This document shows positions 1 through 6,018 of a stretch of 38,346 nucleotides of DNA, one piece after another. Each line of letters begins with the position of its first letter. Position 1 is the first letter of the stretch. Origin of the DNA: a virus; IMG/VR virus record IMGVR_UViG_3300043119_000192, positions 1-38,346 of that record; one strand, 5' to 3'. The position numbers and the translations under genes were made by a program. The notes beneath the pieces are model-generated. The model was not told the DNA's origin and searched no databases. It saw only the letters and a list, made by a program, of their open reading frames with translations.

Positions 1-127
1 GATTGACCTTCACGTATCCGGCGCGCTGCAGTCACCAGCACCTTGGCGAAAGCTTCGGCGTGGTCGGGGATGTCATGCACTTTATATGGTGCATCTATGA
101 CTTGCGGGTCGCTCATAGCAAGCGCCC
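1..127. repeat. Terminal direct repeat, left copy, identical to 38220-38346 (circular-assembly overlap or terminal redundancy)
   Basis: Read directly. GATTGACCTTCACGTATCCGG...CATAGCAAGCGCCC occurs at both window ends. The minus-strand ORF MSDPQV... starting at 38335 equals position 116 here. Confidence 0.95.
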
Positions 128-709
128 CTTCTCAAGCGCAAAGTCAAACGGGTCTTTCGCGTGCTTTTCCAAGTTGCAAGTCATGCAGGCGATCACGAGG
201 TTTTTGATAACATGCAGACCGCCCTTGGAAAGCGGCACATAATGGTCAACGTGGAATCGCTTGGCGCATTTCTTTCCGCACCAATGGCAAACCTTGGCCT
301 GCGTTCGCTTCCATGCAAGGAGTTCTCGCCCGGTTAGCCCAGAACGTTCAACTGCACGGCGCTGCGCTTTGGTGTTAGCCTTGTAGGCGCGCGTCCGCTC
401 CGGATTGGCCTTTTGCCAATCTCTGACCCGTTGCTTTACTCGCTCTGGATCGGCGCGATATTTTGCAAGCACCCGCTCGCAATTGTGCTTCTTTCTAGAA
501 GCGTTGTAGGCCGCATCGTAAGCGCGCTTGCGTTCAACTAAAATCTGTGACCGCTCAGGGTCCGCCTCTTTTAGCGCGCGGCGTTTGGCGGAATCGCACT
601 TGCGGCAATACGGGTAAAGCCCATCAGGACGGCCCGTTGATTTAATGAATGCAGAACGCGGCAGGTCTTGCCGACAAACGAAACAGGTCTTAGTCAGACT
701 ATCAGCCAT
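113..709 (-). CDS. HNH endonuclease
   Basis: The C-terminus CHWCGKK...FHVDHYVPLSKGG...NLVIACMTCNLEKH is an HNH motif. There is an N-terminal CxxC...CxxC and helical ANPE-type repeats. The start is ambiguous (ATG at 709, 724 or 784). The stop TGA overlaps the ATG of the next ORF (ATGA). Confidence 0.85.
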   Translation of the reverse strand: MADSLTKTCFVCRQDLPRSAFIKSTGRPDGLYPYCRKCDSAKRRALKEADPERSQILVERKRAYDAAYNASRKKHNCERVLAKYRADPERVKQRVRDWQKANPERTRAYKANTKAQRRAVERSGLTGRELLAWKRTQAKVCHWCGKKCAKRFHVDHYVPLSKGGLHVIKNLVIACMTCNLEKHAKDPFDFALEKGRLL

Positions 710-788
710 GCGATGTCCCAACATCGTTTTGGTTAGGGCCGGGTAGGTGTTAGCGCACCCGCTCGGCCTGCGTTGTTCTAACATTGTT

Positions 789-1952
789 CTAAGCCGCCTG
801 CAACATTTCAGGCGTGACGAACACACGGCCCACCTGACCAAACCGCTTGCTGTACGTGATGCTCTGCACCGCTCGATCCGCAATCCAACCGCCACGGGCC
901 GCATAGGCATCGCGCGCGGCAATGGTCGGATGCTGGACCACCGTGACGCCGTTGTACTCTTTCTCGTCGCAGTGGTGCCGGTGCCCGCAATGGACTGCCC
1001 GCCGAAGGGTGCGGCCCCAAATGTCAGGGAATTGCGCGGCGAACAGGAGCGGGAGTTGCTCGTTCTTGACCTTGTGGCCGTGGTGAAAGCCGAGCATTGT
1101 CTTGCCCCACTCGAACACGTAGAACGGCAGTTCCGAAGCGTTCACCGTGACGCGCGGCTCGTTCTCGTAAAGCGCCTGGAACATCAGCCGCAGCCAAACC
1201 GAGCTTGCCTCGTCGTGGTTGCCCTCGCATATCACCACATGCACTTCGGGATGTTTTTCGAGCGCCATGCCAATTAGCGCGCGGATCGAACGGATTGCCA
1301 CCGCCACGATACGGCTAAAGCGCCCGTCCTGATCTAGAACGTGGCGGTGCGCAGGCGTGACAAGCAACAGGCCATCCGAGTGGAGCATGTCGCCTTGAAT
1401 GTTGATGATGCCGGTATGCGCGGGCGGGGATTGCGCAAGCATCATGGTGAAGCTGCCGACCAGTGTCCGCTCTGCAATCTTGATGTCCCAGTTCGCGCCG
1501 CCTTCCTCCTCTTGGGCCAACATGCCGAGGTGGAAATCGCTGTACGTGTAGAGATTGCAGAGGTCGTCGTTGGCAGCAAGTGGAGCGGGAACAGGCGGCA
1601 GCGGCTCGATAGGCTCTAGAATGCCCGCCACAGCCTCCCTAAGCGCGTCCAGCGCAGCTTCGGTAGTTGGTGACTGCCTTTCCCAAGTTCGCTCTACAGT
1701 GCCGTCCGCTGCCCGCTGGATCGTAACCTTGCCCATTGCAAAGCCCGGTGCGGTGCCGCTCTCGAAGTGCCCCGGCGCATAGCCCTTTTTCGCCGCGAAA
1801 GCCTGAAGCCTTCGCATTGACGAACCGACCTTATCGTTTGCAAGGCCAAGCGCGATGTTGGCTGCCCTTGCCGAGCCGTGTTGCTCTATTGCCTGTAGGA
1901 ACTCCCGCTGGCGGGGCGTGGCGTATTCGAAAAGCGTCTGGTCAATTGGCAC
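789..1952 (-). CDS. Metallophosphoesterase (calcineurin/Mre11-SbcD-like motifs) with an N-terminal HTH-like domain
   Basis: Ordered motifs DFHLG, GDMLHSD, GNHD, HHGH and GHRHH. The N-terminal ~50 aa (TPRQREFLQAIEQHGSARAANIALGL...) look like an HTH. GTG start at 1952 with AAGGA 8 nt upstream. Confidence 0.8.
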   Translation of the reverse strand: MPIDQTLFEYATPRQREFLQAIEQHGSARAANIALGLANDKVGSSMRRLQAFAAKKGYAPGHFESGTAPGFAMGKVTIQRAADGTVERTWERQSPTTEAALDALREAVAGILEPIEPLPPVPAPLAANDDLCNLYTYSDFHLGMLAQEEEGGANWDIKIAERTLVGSFTMMLAQSPPAHTGIINIQGDMLHSDGLLLVTPAHRHVLDQDGRFSRIVAVAIRSIRALIGMALEKHPEVHVVICEGNHDEASSVWLRLMFQALYENEPRVTVNASELPFYVFEWGKTMLGFHHGHKVKNEQLPLLFAAQFPDIWGRTLRRAVHCGHRHHCDEKEYNGVTVVQHPTIAARDAYAARGGWIADRAVQSITYSKRFGQVGRVFVTPEMLQAA

Positions 1953-1981
1953 ATGGATAATCCTTGCCGTTGATCCGGGTA

Positions 1982-2031
1982 TTTGATGATCAAAAATGCC
2001 GTTTGATGATCGACAAACTGCTTTGATGTTA
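1982..2031. promoter_or_regulatory. Three TTTGATG(A/T)T boxes phased at exactly 20 bp; the first lies in a 6-1-6 palindrome TTTGATGATCAAA
   Basis: Boxes start at 1982, 2002 and 2022. They lie between the spanin stop (2029-2031) and the metallophosphoesterase start (1952). Confidence 0.45.
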
Positions 2032-2517
2032 TTCCGTGATAGACAAAGCCCATTCCCGCGCTTGCAGGAGCGTGGCCGTGTTCACTCCGCAGGCTTGCAG
2101 GTCAGCGTCGGAGACAGCCACGAAGGTATCGGCGGGCACGGTTTCAGGAACGCGGGCACCGTCACTTTGGGATGCGGCAACGGCTGCGCTGCTTGCACAC
2201 GAAGGGGCTTTGACGCGCATCCGGCCAGCATAATCGGCAGTAGCAGCACGAGCGGCAGAAACCGCAAGAGCGGTCTTTTCATCAGCGGCATTGGCTTTCT
2301 CCTGATAACGGGCCTCAGTGGCTTCCAGAGCGCGCTGGGCGGTAAGGGTGGCTTCGGACTGCGCTGCCACGTAGGCGGCCCTGTCAGCCTTCCGCAGCGC
2401 CTTCTCATCGTGGTAGGCGTGGCGGTAATGCCAACTGGCAGCGAACAAGCCGAACACTGCCAAAGCGCCAAAGATCCCAAGGCCCACCTTCCAACGGGTC
2501 AGCAGCAAGCCGATCAC
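2029..2517 (-). CDS. i-spanin (Rz-like)
   Basis: GTG at 2517 overlaps the upstream TGA stop (GTGA). N-terminal TM segment VIGLLLTRWKVGLGIFGALAVFGLFAASW, then an Ala/Glu/Arg-rich coiled-coil-like periplasmic part. It fully contains an out-of-frame lipoprotein ORF. Confidence 0.8.
   Translation of the reverse strand: MIGLLLTRWKVGLGIFGALAVFGLFAASWHYRHAYHDEKALRKADRAAYVAAQSEATLTAQRALEATEARYQEKANAADEKTALAVSAARAATADYAGRMRVKAPSCASSAAVAASQSDGARVPETVPADTFVAVSDADLQACGVNTATLLQAREWALSITE
2082..2282 (-). CDS. o-spanin (Rz1-like outer-membrane lipoprotein) embedded in the i-spanin gene
   Basis: MKRPLLRFLPLVLLLPIMLAGC has a signal peptide plus an LAGC lipobox. The mature part is short, Pro-rich and contains Cys. 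It lies in an alternative frame entirely inside 2029-2517. An alternative ATG is at 2291. Confidence 0.8.
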   Translation of the reverse strand: MKRPLLRFLPLVLLLPIMLAGCASKPLRVQAAQPLPHPKVTVPAFLKPCPPIPSWLSPTLTCKPAE

Positions 2518-2690
2518 TTGGCGCGCTTTGCCTTGACCGACCAAACAGCCACCAGCACCGTGGAAATGGTGGCAACCAAAAGCTCTTTGGTCGCATCGTC
2601 GATGCCGGGGAGCCATCCCTTAGCAGCGGCGATACCGAAACCAGCGGCTGCAATAGCGCGCACAACGCCTGCAAGTTCTTCTTTGGTCAT
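2514..2690 (-). CDS. Small membrane protein, holin/antiholin-like
   Basis: 58 aa with a hydrophobic stretch LLVATISTVLVAVWSV followed by a basic KAKRAK tail. It sits between the endolysin and spanin genes. ATG at 2690 has GGAG 8 nt upstream; the track start at 2699 is a GTG without spacing. Confidence 0.55.
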   Translation of the reverse strand: MTKEELAGVVRAIAAAGFGIAAAKGWLPGIDDATKELLVATISTVLVAVWSVKAKRAK

Positions 2691-2702
2691 GTCAGCCACT
2701 CC

Positions 2703-2737
2703 ACAAAAAGAAACAAACCTTCTAGCATTACGAAGGC
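2703..2737 (-). terminator. Weak intrinsic terminator or attenuator after the endolysin gene
   Basis: On the minus strand, CCTTC-GTAATGCTA-GAAGG is followed by TTTGTTTCTTTTTG. The stem is only 5 bp. Confidence 0.35.
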
Positions 2738-2772
2738 GATGAAAACATCGGTTGCAATGGACAGCGCGCGCC

Positions 2773-3285
2773 TCACAAGAGCTTCATCGCTTCAGCGTGC
2801 GTCTCATTTACGCGCCGCAACCAACCCCGCCCGAACGTGTCAAACGTCGATAGCGCGCGGTAATAGTCCCGCCTTGCCTCGCTGTATGCCTCCACCAGTT
2901 TGGCAAGGCCGTGCGCCGTCACGTAAAGTTGGACCGCCTGCCGAGTACCGCGCCCGATCTGGCCATCTGCCACCGCGCCGACAATCCGTTGCAGCATCTT
3001 GGCTGCACGCGACACACCCGCATTTACACCAAAGTCAAACAGCACCAGCGACAAGGCGGGCGGGAAGTCGTCGCCCCTCACCTTGTCCCAATATTGCGCC
3101 TTATAGAGCGGTGCAACCTTGGCAGGGGTCAGGGTGCGCATGTCAACATTAGTGCGCCCCACCCAAGTCTGCCAGACGCGCTTAGTAACGCCTAGGTTGG
3201 TTTCGCCGCCCGGATCACGCGGATGGTTTACGTAACCACCTTCATGCTTGAGGATGATCTTTAAGGCGTGGTCAAAAGCTGTCAT
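2773..3285 (-). CDS. Endolysin, GH108-type lysozyme with a C-terminal peptidoglycan-binding (PG_binding_3-like) domain
   Basis: The N-terminus ILKHEGGYVNHPRDPGGETNLGVT is the GH108 signature. The C-terminal part resembles the associated PG-binding module. ATGA overlap with the upstream holin candidate. Confidence 0.9.
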   Translation of the reverse strand: MTAFDHALKIILKHEGGYVNHPRDPGGETNLGVTKRVWQTWVGRTNVDMRTLTPAKVAPLYKAQYWDKVRGDDFPPALSLVLFDFGVNAGVSRAAKMLQRIVGAVADGQIGRGTRQAVQLYVTAHGLAKLVEAYSEARRDYYRALSTFDTFGRGWLRRVNETHAEAMKLL

Positions 3286-3473
3286 TGCTTTTCAGCCCCG
3301 TTAACAAACCTGTCCCATAATCGGATGCACCACCAGACTAAGGTTGCCATGCCCACGAGGAGCGCCACAATCGGCGTTAACACTTGGCTCCATTGGGACG
3401 CAACCACTAGAGACGCGGTAAAGGATGCCACATAATCCCCTAACGTGTTGAAGTGACTGCTAGGCGTTGACAT
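3282..3473 (-). CDS. Holin candidate (two TM segments)
   Basis: 63 aa with two hydrophobic helices (YVASFTASLVVASQW and VLTPIVALLVGMATLVWWCI) and a charged C-terminus. It lies immediately upstream of the endolysin and is coupled to it. Confidence 0.6.
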   Translation of the reverse strand: MSTPSSHFNTLGDYVASFTASLVVASQWSQVLTPIVALLVGMATLVWWCIRLWDRFVNGAEKQ

Positions 3474-3511
3474 GTTCCAACCTTCGTCCTTGCGCCAGCC
3501 CTAACTGTTTA

Positions 3512-3540
3512 AACCTAACCTTGGCTGGCAAGTGTGTCAA
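3512..3540 (-). promoter_or_regulatory. Sigma70-like promoter candidate upstream of the lysis cassette
   Basis: Minus strand: TTGACA (3540-3535), 17-nt spacer, TAGGTT (3517-3512). A GCCAGCC...GGCTGGC hairpin overlaps the spacer and the -10 box, extending downstream of them. Confidence 0.35.
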
Positions 3541-3567
3541 ATACCATTAAGTGTAAAGACGTATATG

Positions 3568-6018
3568 TTACGCCCCGGTCGTCCCGTTAATGTACGGTCG
3601 CGGCATCGGATTGATGCGCCATGCAACGGAAAGGTTGCCCGTTACGTTGGTATCGGTTTTGATCGTGAAGTTGGTTCCACCGATGGCCCACACTTCCAAT
3701 CCGCCGCCACCCACACCCACGCCGCCATTGGACTTTAGCACCGAAAACGAGCTAATGCGCGGATTGCGAGGCAGGCCGTGAGCGACTGTGATGGAATTGG
3801 TTCCGCTAAGGATCGTCGCTGCACCCGCAGCGTGTTGCCGTTCAGACCAATCGCCATCGAGCAGCAGGTACGGGCAATTGCCGATGCCCGCGAACTGTGT
3901 TGTCGCCCCTGCCATCTTGTTATTCAGGAACTCGGCATAGGTCAGCGTAGCGTTACCAACGGCAATCGGCGTATTGATGCTTCCGAAAGCTCCGGTGATA
4001 ATCTCGTTATCGCGGCACTCGACTTTGCCCACGGCCATAGCCGTTGCGGACGCGCCATAAAACAGCGCGCCGTCGAGAGTGACAGTGCTGGTGATCGTGC
4101 GCGGATTGCGCAGCGTGTTGTTGTTGAATTTGAACTCGGTAATTTGTGCCGCGTTCAGCGGGTCGGTCGCCCTAGTGTAATTGACCACTTCCAGCCCTTC
4201 GGCGTCAAGGATCTGCACCGCAGCGTTTCGGAAGGCAAACAGGTTCTCGACATTGCGGAAGGTCGTATCCCGCAGCTTCACCCACTTGCAGGCGTCATCG
4301 GTGCGATAGACCACCCCGCCACTGGTGTACGTGCCTGAATAGGCCAGCGAGGTAATATCAAACTCTGTCGTAGAGATAACCGTACAATCCCCTGCACCGT
4401 TGGTAATCCCGCCCGCGTCTGCAAGCCTGATGTTTTCGCCAGTGCTATACCCGTGTGCGCTGCTAGTAGTCACGCGCACTTGGCCCGAACCGTTATCGGC
4501 TACAGTCGAGACAATTTTGTTATCGCTGTAAAGCCGGATAGCGTGGATTGAATTGAGGCACCGCGTTGCGGCTGAATAGCTCGCATCCCAGTTTGTCGTG
4601 AGGTCAAACGCAGTCGTTGAAACCAGCGTCGCCACATTGCCTACCGCCCCAACACCCGCACCGCTTTCAAAGCGGATGGCGTTGTTCGCATAATACCCGT
4701 GCGCCGTGGTCGTCGTAATCCGCACCTTGCCCGCGCCGTTATCAGCAATGCTGGCAATCGTAAGCGCATTGTCGCCAACCACGTCAAAATCATTTGCGCC
4801 AATGAAAAAGCTCACAACGCTTTTGGCGAGGATCGCCGCCGTGGTGTTGTTCACCGTTGGCTTGATGCCCTTGCCAACATTGCCGTAGATCAATGCCTGA
4901 TTTGGCCGCGCCGTCCGGTCGAGCGAATAGTTGGCACCGCAGATGAAAAAGATATTAGCGTTATAAATCTGATTGTTGCAGATGGTCTGCCGGTCGTTGA
5001 TGCGGATGCCGCCGCCGCCTGCTTGGGTCAGCGTCCCGCCGACATTGTCATAGGTTACGAATTGGCCGGGGCTAAAAATCACGTTGTCTGCAATCACGCC
5101 CGAAGCGGAGAAAAATGCAACCGCAATGGCGTCGTCGCCAGTAAAATTAATGTAGTTACGGCATACCTGAAAGCCCATGCCGAAATTCGGCACGTATCCG
5201 CGCAAGTCTACCGCCGTTGCGCCGATCCGGTAGAAGCGGTTATCGCAGACGGACCAACCCGCACCGCTGATGTCCGACGATACGGCGAACAAACCAGTGT
5301 CCTCAAAAACACAGTGGTGAACCCGCACGTTAGACGACCTCAGCCCATAGACGCACGACTTGTTCGAACGGTCCACAAAGCCACCCGCAAAGCTATGGCT
5401 CATCCGCAGGCCGCTAATCTCGACATCATCAATGTCGATCAGGGTGAACAAGTGATTGAACTGATCGGCGCGAAAAACTTTGGCCCCACTGCCATAGATG
5501 CGCGCACCCGAACGCAAGGCAACGGGGCTAGTGATTTTGTAATTCTCGCTGGGGCCGCCATACTGCACATAGAGCGAAGCGTTATGCGCCGCCTGAAGCG
5601 CAGCCGTATCGTCTGTGGTGCCGTCACCGGTAGCGCCGAAGTCCTTTACGTGGACAATATCCCGCATCTTGTTTTGAGCGGTGCGAGTAACCGCCCCCGT
5701 GCCAGCCTGCAAGAATGTAAAGTCCGCACTGCTTGCCGAGATCACCACGTTGTTGCCATTCGTCACAACGCGGCTGTTGTCGTCCAGCACCGTAATCGAG
5801 ACGGTGGAGGCAGCGGAATAAATGCCAGCCTTTGCGCCCTGATAAGCAGGATAGCCGTTGACCGTGCGGATCGGCTGCGCCCATGGCAGGGTTTGCGCTA
5901 CGTCACGATAGACCGTGATCGGATTGGTGCGCGCGTCCAGCCCTGCCGAACCGACATAGATGTAGCCGCCCGTACCGGCTTCGGGAAAGTAGGGGAACGG
6001 ATCGAGGATGTCGGTCAT
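3568..6018 (-). CDS. Tailspike / depolymerase with a right-handed beta-helix (pectate-lyase-like) domain
   Basis: VKDFGATGDGTTDDTAALQAA is the signature at the start of pectate-lyase/polygalacturonase-type beta-helices. The N-terminal particle-binding-type segment is GGYIYVGSAGLDARTNPITVY...QPIRT. The central part carries a two-copy internal domain repeat. Confidence 0.85.
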   Translation of the reverse strand: MTDILDPFPYFPEAGTGGYIYVGSAGLDARTNPITVYRDVAQTLPWAQPIRTVNGYPAYQGAKAGIYSAASTVSITVLDDNSRVVTNGNNVVISASSADFTFLQAGTGAVTRTAQNKMRDIVHVKDFGATGDGTTDDTAALQAAHNASLYVQYGGPSENYKITSPVALRSGARIYGSGAKVFRADQFNHLFTLIDIDDVEISGLRMSHSFAGGFVDRSNKSCVYGLRSSNVRVHHCVFEDTGLFAVSSDISGAGWSVCDNRFYRIGATAVDLRGYVPNFGMGFQVCRNYINFTGDDAIAVAFFSASGVIADNVIFSPGQFVTYDNVGGTLTQAGGGGIRINDRQTICNNQIYNANIFFICGANYSLDRTARPNQALIYGNVGKGIKPTVNNTTAAILAKSVVSFFIGANDFDVVGDNALTIASIADNGAGKVRITTTTAHGYYANNAIRFESGAGVGAVGNVATLVSTTAFDLTTNWDASYSAATRCLNSIHAIRLYSDNKIVSTVADNGSGQVRVTTSSAHGYSTGENIRLADAGGITNGAGDCTVISTTEFDITSLAYSGTYTSGGVVYRTDDACKWVKLRDTTFRNVENLFAFRNAAVQILDAEGLEVVNYTRATDPLNAAQITEFKFNNNTLRNPRTITSTVTLDGALFYGASATAMAVGKVECRDNEIITGAFGSINTPIAVGNATLTYAEFLNNKMAGATTQFAGIGNCPYLLLDGDWSERQHAAGAATILSGTNSITVAHGLPRNPRISSFSVLKSNGGVGVGGGGLEVWAIGGTNFTIKTDTNVTGNLSVAWRINPMPRPYINGTTGA

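Noticed and set aside
113-724. The HNH endonuclease as a terminase-associated cos-cleavage HNH
   Set aside because: In the circular map it is not adjacent to terS/terL, since the early regions separate them. The terminase and portal are P22-like (headful type). A free-standing or homing role is more likely.
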